Assembly (NCBI GenBank): GCA_019057475.1
Contig: DXJO01000006.1
Location: forward strand, 160,001-224,000
Direction of reading: 5' to 3'
DNA: 64,000 nucleotides
Source: Candidatus Thorarchaeota archaeon
Lineage (GTDB): Archaea; Asgardarchaeota; Thorarchaeia; Thorarchaeales; Thorarchaeaceae
Below are positions 9,679 through 19,485 of this stretch, one piece after another. A model generated the notes under the pieces. The model searched no databases. It saw only the letters and a list, made by a program, of their open reading frames with translations, and was not told the DNA's origin. Within the stretch, counting starts at the first letter, position 1. Each line of letters begins with the position of its first letter. The position numbers were made by a program, and so were the translations under genes.

Positions 9679-11301
9679 ATGCACGTCGATAAGAAATACG
9701 CAATAGCATTCCTGTTGTTTGCATTCTTGATACTGCCCATGGCCGCCTCAGCATATCCGGTCGTGTCTCAAGATGGTCCCGAGGGAATCATTGAGCTCCT
9801 CCTGACCGAAGGCGCGGAGATTCTCGTCACGAGCATAGATGAGAACGGAGCTCCTGCTGTAATCTACGCGCAGCTAGGGTCTCCGGTAGAGGCGCTTGAC
9901 CTCGAAGCGGAAATGTACGACAATTGTCTCGCGCTTGCTGTTATAGCGACACGTGGTGAACTCTTGGACTACATTTTCAGCCTGATCGGGGAAGACTTCA
10001 TGGGTGGTGGAGAGCCGGGTTTCACGCTTTCTCAACTTGATGCAGGTTTCACTCCAGAAGCCATCTTGGATCTCCTTGGTTCTGATTTCAGCCTGCTGAT
10101 ATCTGCTTACTACAACCTCGATGAGGCTGTGGCAATAAGCAAGATGGGCCAAGTCCTTGCTAACCTTGCGAATCCTGCCGTGTTTGGTTTCAGCTTTGCA
10201 GATATCATTCACCTTCGTATTGATGAGGCCTTCTTCGGAGAAGGGTTTGACGTAACACTCCCCTTCGAGGCACTTGATGTTTTCATGTATCAGGTCACAA
10301 ACCCATTTGCTGATGCGCTCAATGCTGTGCTTGGCGGGCTTGACAATTCAGGCATTCTAACTAACATTGACTCGGAAATTTTCCTTGCAGAGCGTGGCGC
10401 GGCTGCGGGCCTTCTGGCCATCCCTGATATGGGTGACTTGGTCGAGCTCTTTAACAGTACCATGGGTGGCGGCGGCTTTTCATTAGCTGCTGAGTCATTC
10501 TTCCCATCTCAGTTAGAGATGATTGATGGCTCAATCGCTGTTGCCTTTGTCGGATATATCGGCGAGCAAATCGTGTCATATGGCGATACTAACCTGAGCA
10601 TAGGAAGTCTGGTCGGCGCTACTGGTTCATTCCGTCCAATGGATGACGGTATCTCTATTGTTATGGCTATGCTGCCTGGAAGCTCTAACATCACGAGCTA
10701 CAGTCCTGATGATGAAGGCTTAGTAACGCATGATAACGAATCCAATATGATCCTTTGGAATGCTAGCGGGCTGGGTGTAGTATCAGACTACATCATTGAG
10801 TTTGAATCCGACAACTTCCCGCCAGATATCGTGATTGCGAGAACCTTTAGTCCTGGGAGCACAGTGCCCGGTGGTTCTGTGGACGTCACCGTTACTGTGA
10901 CGAACGACGGGACTGTTCCAATAGAAAACATCGTAATTGTTGACAATGGTGTTGGAGCGATATACAGCACAGTTACTGTTACAGGAACTACGACCGATAC
11001 CATAGCTTCTCTTGCCGGAGGAGCTTCTGCGTCAATCACTTATACTGTGACTTTCACGAACGAAGGCAAGTACACATTCCCCAACGCTGAGCTTACCTAT
11101 GAGTTCAATGCTCGGGAGTACGCCAAGGACACAGCAACTGATGGCTATAATGTCGATGCAGACCCTGTTCAATTGTTATCTCAGATGATATTGGATGGGA
11201 TGCCATATTCAGCTGCAATCCTAGGCATCGTCGCTTTGGGTGCTATTTTCAACATCAACAAGATGCGGAAAGGTGGCAGCTCCGGCGGGTACCAAGTCTA
11301 G
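9679..11301 (+). CDS. Secreted, C-terminally anchored protein with BatD/DUF11/TRAP-beta-like Ig domain
   Basis: Signal peptide; 'VDVTVTVTNDG...IENIVIVD...ITYTV...GKYTFPNAELTY'; C-terminal TM. Confidence 0.8.
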   Translation: MHVDKKYAIAFLLFAFLILPMAASAYPVVSQDGPEGIIELLLTEGAEILVTSIDENGAPAVIYAQLGSPVEALDLEAEMYDNCLALAVIATRGELLDYIFSLIGEDFMGGGEPGFTLSQLDAGFTPEAILDLLGSDFSLLISAYYNLDEAVAISKMGQVLANLANPAVFGFSFADIIHLRIDEAFFGEGFDVTLPFEALDVFMYQVTNPFADALNAVLGGLDNSGILTNIDSEIFLAERGAAAGLLAIPDMGDLVELFNSTMGGGGFSLAAESFFPSQLEMIDGSIAVAFVGYIGEQIVSYGDTNLSIGSLVGATGSFRPMDDGISIVMAMLPGSSNITSYSPDDEGLVTHDNESNMILWNASGLGVVSDYIIEFESDNFPPDIVIARTFSPGSTVPGGSVDVTVTVTNDGTVPIENIVIVDNGVGAIYSTVTVTGTTTDTIASLAGGASASITYTVTFTNEGKYTFPNAELTYEFNAREYAKDTATDGYNVDADPVQLLSQMILDGMPYSAAILGIVALGAIFNINKMRKGGSSGGYQV

Positions 11302-11310
11302 AATAGATTG

Positions 11311-11360
11311 ACGACTCTCGACGCGATTTTAGTCGGGAGTCGTTACCCCCTTTATTTTTT
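11311..11360 (+). terminator. Stem-loop plus C/U tract
   Basis: ACGACTCTCGAC / GTCGGGAGTCGT 12-bp stem, then CCCCCTTTATTTTTT. Confidence 0.65.
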
Positions 11361-11444
11361 CTCAACAACAAGCTTTGTTTCTTGGACTTCATTCTTCAGC
11401 AGCTTTATCTTTGAACAACTGTCACAAACCTAGTGTGATGTCGG

Positions 11445-12386
11445 ATGCCGCTTAAAGATTCACTCAATGGATACCTACGTTTGCCCCGTGATTTCTTTGG
11501 AATTTCACAGCCAGCAACCGGTGACCCCGACGTTGGTGTGCTTGGAATACCCTACGATCTGACATCAAGCTATATGCCGGGGGCTCGCTTTGGCCCCGAT
11601 GCCATTCGAAAGGCTACAGATAGTGAACGGTCGCATAGCTATCCACTGAGTATTGGTCAACCATCTGCCAATAATGACATAGCGCTTTCAGAGCGGATTA
11701 CTTTGGAGGACATTGGAGACCTCGAGGTTTCGCTTAGGCTTCCTGAACAAGCAATGCTCGACATCACTGAAGCTGCAGCTAAGCTAGCTGAGCAAGATAG
11801 TCACCTGCTATTCATAGGCGGTGACCACTTCATCACCTACCCTATATTGAGGGGTCTCAGTCGCAGCAAACCTGGGACCTATGGACTAGTCTATCTCGAC
11901 GCCCATGCTGATTTCTATCCTGCCTACTCTGGTCATCAGTACTCACATGCGACTACACTTAGAAGAATCCTCACAGATGGCTTGATTGACAGGGTTAACT
12001 TGTTAACCCATGATCTTAGGGCCGCTCTCCCTGAGCAGAAGGCAGAACTAGCTAAATTTGGAGCAGTCATACCTAAATCTCCAAAGTCCTTCTCCAAGGC
12101 AATCAACAAAATCGCAACGCAAGTAGACACCATCTATATCTCAGTTGATCTAGATGTTCTGGACCCCAGTGTTGCACCTGGAGTTAGTCATCCGGAATCA
12201 GGAGGCCTCAACATGGTTGAGCTCGCTGAACTGTTGAGAGCTTGCTTTGCTACTTGCAAGGTAAAGTACGCAGACATTGCAGAGCTAAACCCATTGATTG
12301 ATACTACGGGTCGAACATCCGTTGCAGCCCGAGACGTGGTCAAAGAGACACTCACGGGCTTTGCTAGTCAGAAGGATTATAAGTAG
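11445..12386 (+). CDS. speB: Agmatinase/arginase-family ureohydrolase
   Basis: GARFGPDAIR, GGDH, DAHAD and SVDLDVLDP..APG motifs. Confidence 0.85.
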   Translation: MPLKDSLNGYLRLPRDFFGISQPATGDPDVGVLGIPYDLTSSYMPGARFGPDAIRKATDSERSHSYPLSIGQPSANNDIALSERITLEDIGDLEVSLRLPEQAMLDITEAAAKLAEQDSHLLFIGGDHFITYPILRGLSRSKPGTYGLVYLDAHADFYPAYSGHQYSHATTLRRILTDGLIDRVNLLTHDLRAALPEQKAELAKFGAVIPKSPKSFSKAINKIATQVDTIYISVDLDVLDPSVAPGVSHPESGGLNMVELAELLRACFATCKVKYADIAELNPLIDTTGRTSVAARDVVKETLTGFASQKDYK

Positions 12387-12437
12387 TAATTGCACATAAC
12401 GCAATTGGCTGAGATGAGCCATTAGAGTGGGCATACC

Positions 12438-13148
12438 ATGGAGAATCCCGTTTCACGTGTCAGTGAGGTCCTTAGAGACCTAGGTTTCGGTGCACATGAA
12501 GCGGAGGTTATTGTTGCGCTGAACAGATTGGAATCTGCAACCGTGTCGGAACTGTCTTCAGTCACAGGGATCCATCACGCCAATCTCTACACCATACTTG
12601 ATGGGCTTGTCGGCAAGGGAATAGTTGTGAGCAGTGGGGGCCGACCAAGAGTCTATGGGTTTGCTCCGCTTTCTCACCTGAAGGACCTTCTCTCAACAAG
12701 AGTCAATCAATTGATTGCGGATCTTAAACATTTGCAGAGAAATCGGGAACCCAGTCAGGTCGTGCCGGCTCTTGTCTATACGATACGTGGCATGAGCGAA
12801 GTCCATGCCAAGATGTTAAGGATGCTGGGAAACTCAAAAAATCGGATAATGATTGCTGCTCCGAGCCTAGCGGAGCTTGGAGATTCTGTTGTCGAGGCGC
12901 TTCAGTTGGCATCTGAACGAAGAGTTATCATCAGAGCTATCCTCGGTACCAAATTCACTACTCATGAGTTCGATATCCAGCAACATATTAAGGACGACAC
13001 GATGGCAATCAACTTGGTTGTCGATGGCGAGGAAGCCCTGATTTCGATGCCAGATCTGTCTGTTTGTGGATGGGTCGATAACTCGCTCATCTCATTGCAA
13101 CTCGAGAGCTTTCTCGAGCAGACTTGGAAAACTATCAAAGAGGTTTGA
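12438..13148 (+). CDS. TrmB-family transcriptional regulator
   Basis: N-terminal wHTH (LYTILDGLVGKG...GRPRVY) plus PLD-like effector domain. Confidence 0.88.
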   Translation: MENPVSRVSEVLRDLGFGAHEAEVIVALNRLESATVSELSSVTGIHHANLYTILDGLVGKGIVVSSGGRPRVYGFAPLSHLKDLLSTRVNQLIADLKHLQRNREPSQVVPALVYTIRGMSEVHAKMLRMLGNSKNRIMIAAPSLAELGDSVVEALQLASERRVIIRAILGTKFTTHEFDIQQHIKDDTMAINLVVDGEEALISMPDLSVCGWVDNSLISLQLESFLEQTWKTIKEV

Positions 13149-13151
13149 TCT

Positions 13152-14525
13152 ATGATGGATTATGATGTGATCATCGCTGGCGCAGGTACCGGCGGAGCAA
13201 CAATGGCATACACACTGGGAAAGAAAGGCCACTCTATTCTTCTCATTGATAGAAAGCAGAAGGACATGATTGGTTACAAGACATGCGGAGACGCTCTCGG
13301 CTCTCACCATCTCAAGGAGTTGGATAACCTTGTGGACCTCCCAAAGATGCCAAAAGGAATCGTCGAGTACGATGTGGCTGGAATAGACATTATAGCTCCA
13401 GATAGAAAACACAAACTCAGAATGGCTGGACCAACAACCAGTGGTTTCTCATTTAACCGATTGAAGTTGGGACAGTGGATGCTCTCAATTGCAGAAGACG
13501 CTGGCGCAACCGTCATGGCTTCCACACGAGTAAAGCGATTGATGTTTGATGGGGGTAAGGTCGCGGGTGTTAGGATCACGGAAGAGGGTTCTGACTCTGA
13601 TAAGGAATTGACCGCTAGGATTGTTGTGGATGCTACCGGCGCTGTTGGAATGCTTCGTCGTCAACTTCCTGAGTCTTCGCCTGTAGAAAGGATAATAGCA
13701 AAGGAGGACTTCATGGTTGCCGTTCGCGATATCTATGAAACCCCCGATTACACCTTTGAAACCCCGGACATCCTAGAGATATTTTGGGACCAAGAACAGA
13801 CGCTGGGGGGGTACATCTGGGTTTTCCCGCAAGGCCCCAATAGGGTCAATGTTGGCTGCGGACTAATGACGATTCCAGGTCACAAAAAGCCTCAGGATAT
13901 ATTCAACAACTTTGTCCGGAAGAATTGGGATTTTATGAAGACCAAGCTAGTTGCAATTCATTCAGGCGGTGGAATCGCTCCTGTGCGTCGTCCAATAGAC
14001 ACACTTGTTGATGACAACTTCATGCTCGTCGGTGATTCAGGAGCGCAGGTCAACCCAATTCACGGAGGAGGAATAGGATCGTCAATGCTTGGCGGTGCAC
14101 AAGCCGGGATTACTGCTTCCGAGGCGCTTGAACAGAACGACACCTCAATCAACGCCCTATGGCCGTACAACCCGAGGTACATGGAGAGCTATGGAATCAA
14201 GCAAGCGTCTCTTGACGTCTTCAGGTGGTTCCTTCTGAACATTACAAACGAGGACATCAATTTCGCCTTCAAGAAACAGATAGTGAAGGCGAGCGACTTA
14301 CTCAACACAAGCATGACCGGAAAGATGTCAATGGGGTCCGGAGAGAAGTTCAAACGGCTGGTGTCAGGTGTCGGAAAGGTTCCTTTGCTCATGAGAATCA
14401 ACAAGATTGGGAAGATTATGGAGGAGGTCAAAGTTGTCTATGCAGCATATCCTGACTCTCCTAAGGGTCTCCAAGACTGGAAAGCACGGCTTGTTCCAAT
14501 CTACGATGCTGCCAAGAAGGCATAG
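13152..14525 (+). CDS. Geranylgeranyl reductase-family FAD oxidoreductase
   Basis: GAGTGG, KTCGD, YIWVFP and GD...VNPIHGGGI motifs. Confidence 0.9.
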   Translation: MMDYDVIIAGAGTGGATMAYTLGKKGHSILLIDRKQKDMIGYKTCGDALGSHHLKELDNLVDLPKMPKGIVEYDVAGIDIIAPDRKHKLRMAGPTTSGFSFNRLKLGQWMLSIAEDAGATVMASTRVKRLMFDGGKVAGVRITEEGSDSDKELTARIVVDATGAVGMLRRQLPESSPVERIIAKEDFMVAVRDIYETPDYTFETPDILEIFWDQEQTLGGYIWVFPQGPNRVNVGCGLMTIPGHKKPQDIFNNFVRKNWDFMKTKLVAIHSGGGIAPVRRPIDTLVDDNFMLVGDSGAQVNPIHGGGIGSSMLGGAQAGITASEALEQNDTSINALWPYNPRYMESYGIKQASLDVFRWFLLNITNEDINFAFKKQIVKASDLLNTSMTGKMSMGSGEKFKRLVSGVGKVPLLMRINKIGKIMEEVKVVYAAYPDSPKGLQDWKARLVPIYDAAKKA

Positions 14526-14528
14526 AGC

Positions 14529-15497
14529 ATGCGAAGGGTGGGCTCAGCTGCGGGGATTGATCTCTTCGCTCCAGCTGACGCCTACTTCTCATATTTCAAT
14601 AGCCCATACGTGGGTCATAAACAAGGTGCATCGATCGACATCTACCCGAGCCACGAAGAATGGGGCGGTCCCGCTTACTCTCCAATCGCAGGTCAAGTCA
14701 TTCGCGTCAAGAAAATGAGAATGGGCAATGAGAGGGTTTTTCCTTCCGATGAAACGGACTTTGGCATAGCCATTGCTCCAGAAGGGTCCACTAATATTGT
14801 ACGCATCTTGCATTGCGTCCCAGAAGTCGATGAGGGAACGACAGTTGAAGCTGGACAACGATTGGGATTTCTTATTCGATCACGCTACTTCAACTACTGG
14901 ACCGGACCTCACTATCACATAGAGATAATGAATGCTAGCGATTTCAGCAGGGCTACTAGGTCATATCCTCTTAGCGTCGAACTTGCCTCCGTGCAACAGA
15001 TACAACAGAAGAGCGCTTCTGAACTCGAATGCTTGATCACAAGAGTTACTGATGACGTCATAATAGCAATCACAGATGACTCACCCATAGCTATTTCCGG
15101 AGACCTCGTTGGGCATGCAGCTTACTATGGGAGCGACAGAAGACAAGGTATTCTGGATGCCGGAGTCCCCCATTACAGCCACGGCGGCATTCTAGGTCTT
15201 GCCAAACCCGTTGAGGAAAGCACGGTCACCGCGTGGAACACTGACATCGGATACGCAGTATCGAACATGGATAGCCGACTTCCCTTCAAGAGAGGAGAGC
15301 CGTTCCAGCCGATTTTCGAAGGCGAAATCATCAGAGGAGTTTCATGTTTTGCATTCACGAAAAAACAAATAGTGAAGGGGGTTCCGCCCGTCATAGTGAT
15401 TCCTCAACAGTATGGTGGGTTCTCTGGAAAGTTCGCGGAGGGAGATGTGGGTGTCCTTTCCTTCAAACGCTCAAACGACATCGTTAAAGAGCAATAG
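14529..15497 (+). CDS. Hypothetical protein with M23-peptidase-like N-terminal domain
   Basis: H..(x5)..ID (HKQGASIDIY), SPIAGQV, V.EG..V.AGQ.LG and GPHYHIE motifs. Confidence 0.65.
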   Translation: MRRVGSAAGIDLFAPADAYFSYFNSPYVGHKQGASIDIYPSHEEWGGPAYSPIAGQVIRVKKMRMGNERVFPSDETDFGIAIAPEGSTNIVRILHCVPEVDEGTTVEAGQRLGFLIRSRYFNYWTGPHYHIEIMNASDFSRATRSYPLSVELASVQQIQQKSASELECLITRVTDDVIIAITDDSPIAISGDLVGHAAYYGSDRRQGILDAGVPHYSHGGILGLAKPVEESTVTAWNTDIGYAVSNMDSRLPFKRGEPFQPIFEGEIIRGVSCFAFTKKQIVKGVPPVIVIPQQYGGFSGKFAEGDVGVLSFKRSNDIVKEQ

Positions 15498-15519
15498 ATA
15501 GCCTTGACATACGATTGCT

Positions 15520-16515
15520 TTGGTCGACCTGGTACGCCTTTCATTGGGCACTGCAATAGAAGTGGAGCTTGAGGAAGGAACAAACGATCCGAATTTTTCG
15601 ACTGCTTTCATTATGACTTACAGCGAAAACAAATGTTCCGCAAATTGTGCATTCTGTCCTCAAGCACAGGACAGTAATTCATCGCCTCACATGCTATCGA
15701 GGATTGGGTGGCCCGTGTACAAGCTTGATGATTTCATTCATCACTTGCGGCCGGGATTAAACTTCAGAAGAGCATGTATACAATGCTTGAACTATCCAAC
15801 AGTTGTGGATGATGTCGAAAAGATACTCGCTGCTGTCAAGACCAAAGTTAAACTGCCTGTATCCATTTGCATTCATCCAGTAAGTCTGGAAGAGATGAAA
15901 CGTCTGAAAAAGGCTGGAGCGCAGAAGATTGGGATTGCTGTGGATGCATGCACTCCCGAGTTATTCGAAAAAATCAAAGGTGCAGGTCGTAGAGGACCAT
16001 ACCAATGGGGCCGCCATCTTGAAGCCATGCAGCAGGCGTTGGAAGTGTTCGCCCCCGGAAACGTCACTACTCATCTTATCGTTGGGCTAGGTGAAACAGA
16101 AGAAGAGGCGGCTGATTTCATCATCAAGATGTATGCAATGGGGATAACAGTAGGACTATTTGCGTTTACACCAATTCGAGGCACGGCACTAGAAGAAATG
16201 AGTCAGCCTGCTCTAGAGTCCTACAGACGTTTGCAGGTCCTGAGGTATCTTGTCGCCAACAAATTGATTGACAGTGAAGGGGTTTCCGCAGATGAGCGGG
16301 GCAAACTTGAATTGAAAAGCGATGCCGCATGGCTCAGGGAAACCTTATCATCAGGCGAGGCGTTTAGAGTGACGGGTTGCAGTGGTTGCAATCGACCCTA
16401 CTATAACGAAAGGCCTCGCGGGCCTATGTACAATTACCCTCGACCCCTATCAGAGGATGAAGTACACAAAGCTCTCGCAGAGGCAGGATTCGTGAGCCGC
16501 GATGGAAGAGTTTAG
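15520..16515 (+). CDS. lipS2: Radical SAM lipoyl synthase component, LipS2 type
   Basis: CSANCAFC radical-SAM motif; THLIVGLGE; C-terminal TGCSGCNRP resembles the LipS2 TxGCPxCNRP motif; adjacent to lipoate ligase. Confidence 0.8.
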   Translation: MVDLVRLSLGTAIEVELEEGTNDPNFSTAFIMTYSENKCSANCAFCPQAQDSNSSPHMLSRIGWPVYKLDDFIHHLRPGLNFRRACIQCLNYPTVVDDVEKILAAVKTKVKLPVSICIHPVSLEEMKRLKKAGAQKIGIAVDACTPELFEKIKGAGRRGPYQWGRHLEAMQQALEVFAPGNVTTHLIVGLGETEEEAADFIIKMYAMGITVGLFAFTPIRGTALEEMSQPALESYRRLQVLRYLVANKLIDSEGVSADERGKLELKSDAAWLRETLSSGEAFRVTGCSGCNRPYYNERPRGPMYNYPRPLSEDEVHKALAEAGFVSRDGRV

Positions 16516-17269
16516 GTTCCTGGAACTATGTGTACACAATGCCTACGAGAATATGGCTGTTGATGAAGCAATTACGTTGGCCATGAAAGAGGGAGAAGCG
16601 CCTCCCACCCTGCGTCTCTACAGATGGAGACCCTCTGCAGTATCCATTGGAACGTTTCAGGGCATGACAGATGAAGTCGACCTCAAGTATTGCAGACTGA
16701 ACAAGATCGATTACATTCGAAGGATCACAGGTGGTGGAGCGGTATACCACGATTTCGATGGGGAAGTGACCTACAGTCTCATCGTTCCTAAGGGCCATCG
16801 CTTGGCTCCGCCTGATATTCTGAAGTCTTACAGAATAATTTGCGGAGGAATCATTGAGGCCCTTGAACATCTGAAAATAAAGTCCAAGTTTCGACCGATA
16901 AACGATGTAGTAACTGACGGAAAGAAAATCTCTGGCAATGCTCAGACGCGACGCAATTTGTGTGTACTGCAACACGGAACGACTTTACTCGACTTGGATG
17001 TTGAAGTGATGTTCTCCATACTGAAGGTTCCCAAGGAGAAGATATCTGATAAGATGATCCAAGACGTGAAGAAGAGCGTGACTTCCATCAGGGAAATCTT
17101 GGACAGGCATGTAGAAGTGGACGAACTCGGGAACGCGCTTGAGGCCGGGTTCTCAAAAGCGCTGAAAATCGACTTGGTTCCTGGTGCCCTCATGGCACGA
17201 GAATGGGCTGATGCTCAGAGATTGATGAAAGAGAAATATTCAACCACCAAATGGAACCTCTCGAGGTAG
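16502..17269 (+). CDS. lplA: Lipoate-protein ligase A, catalytic subunit
   Basis: NMAVDEA, RRITGGGAVYHD, KKISGNAQ and QHGT motifs. Confidence 0.93.
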   Translation: MEEFRFLELCVHNAYENMAVDEAITLAMKEGEAPPTLRLYRWRPSAVSIGTFQGMTDEVDLKYCRLNKIDYIRRITGGGAVYHDFDGEVTYSLIVPKGHRLAPPDILKSYRIICGGIIEALEHLKIKSKFRPINDVVTDGKKISGNAQTRRNLCVLQHGTTLLDLDVEVMFSILKVPKEKISDKMIQDVKKSVTSIREILDRHVEVDELGNALEAGFSKALKIDLVPGALMAREWADAQRLMKEKYSTTKWNLSR

Positions 17270-17275
17270 AATATC

Positions 17276-17548
17276 ATGGGCGATAGTATATTCAAAGTTC
17301 CGGGTGGAAAGCTTCTGAAGATCAAGCTCACACCCTCAGAAGATCGGATTCGTGCTATAGTCATTAAAGGAGATTTTTTCCTTCATCCTGAAGAAACACT
17401 GGTGGCTCTTGAAGAGTTCCTTGCCGGGAAAGAGCTTGATGAGATCTACCTCGCTGCTGACATTCAAGATTTCCTGGATGAAGCTGGTGCCAAGCTAGTG
17501 GGAGCCGGTGCCGCGGACATAGCTAAGGCTATCTTGATGGCAAAGTGA
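17276..17548 (+). CDS. lplB: Lipoate-protein ligase accessory (C-terminal) subunit
   Basis: KVPGGKL...I.GDFFLHPEE motif. Confidence 0.88.
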   Translation: MGDSIFKVPGGKLLKIKLTPSEDRIRAIVIKGDFFLHPEETLVALEEFLAGKELDEIYLAADIQDFLDEAGAKLVGAGAADIAKAILMAK

Positions 17549-17555
17549 ATGAGAA

Positions 17556-18425
17556 ATGAAACTCGTGCGTTTCACGGAAGGAATGAAGCCAGTTGCAGGA
17601 CTTATCGAGGGCACCGATGTACTTGTCTACGAAGGATTCGGGTGCGACCCGTTCAAGAGCTTTGTTGAGCTTCGGAAACCGGACGACATTGGTTTCAATG
17701 AGTTCTTACGCTCCTTGATAGAAGGTGAAACTCCTAGAAGGTACAAGCTCGACTGGGTGAAGAATCAATTCATAATGCCCATGATCCCCGCTGAGGTCTG
17801 GGCGGCGGGTGTGACCTACCGGCGAAGCGTGACTGCGCGAGAAGATGAAACCGAAGTGAAGGGAATCTACGATCGCGTATATGAATCCAAGAGACCCGAA
17901 GTTCTATTCAAGGGGCTTGGATACCGAACGGTTGGCCCCAATGACATCATCTGCATCAGAAGTGATGCGACTTGGAATGTACCAGAACCCGAGTTCACTC
18001 TGGTCTATGGGGAACGCAAAATTATCGGTTACATGATTGGAAACGATGTCAGTTCGAGGGACATTGAAGGAGAGAATCCTCTCTATCTGCCACAGGCGAA
18101 GGTATTCAGGAGCTCCTGCTCGATTGGGCCCAACCTAGCTACCGTTGATGAGTTCAAGGACCCAAAGAAAGTCGGAATCAAGCTGATGGTATACAGGGAA
18201 AGCGAAATGGTCTTCTCTGGCGAAACGAATACATCCCAAATGAAGAGGTCATTCGAGGAGTTGACGGAATATCTATTCCGCGACAACCCAGTACCACGCG
18301 GTTCGATTATGCTCACTGGCGTTGGAGTCGTTCCTCCAGATGATTTCAGTCTCATGCATGGAGACCTAGTTGAGATCTCAATGGACGGGCTTGGCACCAT
18401 GAGAAATAGAGTGCGCCAACTGTGA
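17556..18425 (+). CDS. FAH-family protein, 2-keto-3-deoxy-pentonate dehydratase (KdaD/XylX)-like
   Basis: EVWAAGVTY, YDRVY...RPEVLFK, NVPEPE and NDVSSRDIEGENPLYLPQAK motifs. Confidence 0.85.
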   Translation: MKLVRFTEGMKPVAGLIEGTDVLVYEGFGCDPFKSFVELRKPDDIGFNEFLRSLIEGETPRRYKLDWVKNQFIMPMIPAEVWAAGVTYRRSVTAREDETEVKGIYDRVYESKRPEVLFKGLGYRTVGPNDIICIRSDATWNVPEPEFTLVYGERKIIGYMIGNDVSSRDIEGENPLYLPQAKVFRSSCSIGPNLATVDEFKDPKKVGIKLMVYRESEMVFSGETNTSQMKRSFEELTEYLFRDNPVPRGSIMLTGVGVVPPDDFSLMHGDLVEISMDGLGTMRNRVRQL

Positions 18426-18436
18426 TTGTCAGCGGT

Positions 18437-19393
18437 CTATCGATTACCTTCAGTCTGATTGTTCGAAACTCTCTTGGCCTGACTCACTTGAACGAGCAGA
18501 ACACTGACTGCAATCAGTGATAGTGCAATCCAGTCGACAATGGAGGGGATTTCTCCCAAAAAGATGACTGAGAGAATGACAATTTGAGGCATCATTGTGC
18601 TTTGAATCAAGGACATGTCAACCGCTCTGAGATACTGCATTGCCTTGTTCCAAAGAGTGAATGCAAGAGCCGTGTTCACTACGCTCAGCCAGATGATGTA
18701 AGTCCAAGAGGTCAGCGACAATGCTGGGACTCCTTCGGTCACGAAACCCCAGATTAGGAGAATTGCGGCACCGAATGTCATACTTATTCCAGTTATGGTG
18801 AGTGCTGGAGCCGTTCTGCTGCGATTAATCGCTCTGCCGACAACTGCGGAAAGCGAGTTGGCTAACAATCCAACTACAGTTACTAAGACCCCAAAGAGCA
18901 CCACTTCTCCCACGTCTTTGGGATGGAAGTAAACCACAATTCCAATAATCCCGATTAAGATGAATCCAACTTGATCAAGTGAAGGCCGTTCCCTAAGTAG
19001 ACCCACCGAAAGGAGTAGTACAACAATGGGAGTAAGGTTCAGAATCAACGACACCGTAATTGCTGGGAGAAGCCTAAGGCCCATGAACTGTGTTCCCTGC
19101 GTAACAGTAACGAAAATGATTCCATAACCAGCTATAGCAAGCCACCATCTTCTGTTCTGCCTCCCTACAGCGTTACGGGCTTCCTTATTCGCAAGAATTA
19201 TTCCAAGCAGGATTGCGGCCGCTAAGCCGTATCTAAGACCAGCAAACGTAACGGGGGGTATATCCTCTAAGCCAAATTTGATGATAACCCAAGAAGACGC
19301 CCAGAGTGCCGTGACTACTAGAGCAAGAAGAACCGCCATTAGATATGTGCGAAATGAAGAGCGAGTTTCAGTTTCATGCTCTTGTTGCTGCAA
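18437..19393 (-). CDS. EamA/DMT-family transporter
   Basis: LWASSWVIIK...PPVTFAGLR; about 10 TM in two repeats; start uncertain. Confidence 0.9.
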   Translation of the reverse strand: MQQQEHETETRSSFRTYLMAVLLALVVTALWASSWVIIKFGLEDIPPVTFAGLRYGLAAAILLGIILANKEARNAVGRQNRRWWLAIAGYGIIFVTVTQGTQFMGLRLLPAITVSLILNLTPIVVLLLSVGLLRERPSLDQVGFILIGIIGIVVYFHPKDVGEVVLFGVLVTVVGLLANSLSAVVGRAINRSRTAPALTITGISMTFGAAILLIWGFVTEGVPALSLTSWTYIIWLSVVNTALAFTLWNKAMQYLRAVDMSLIQSTMMPQIVILSVIFLGEIPSIVDWIALSLIAVSVLLVQVSQAKRVSNNQTEGNR

Positions 19394-19485
19394 GCATTCA
19401 CCACACCCCGGACTTCTTGAATCGTATGAAAGCAAGCCTTATCACGGACATCAATGTATTGCCGTCTTACGACGGGTGTTTAAAA

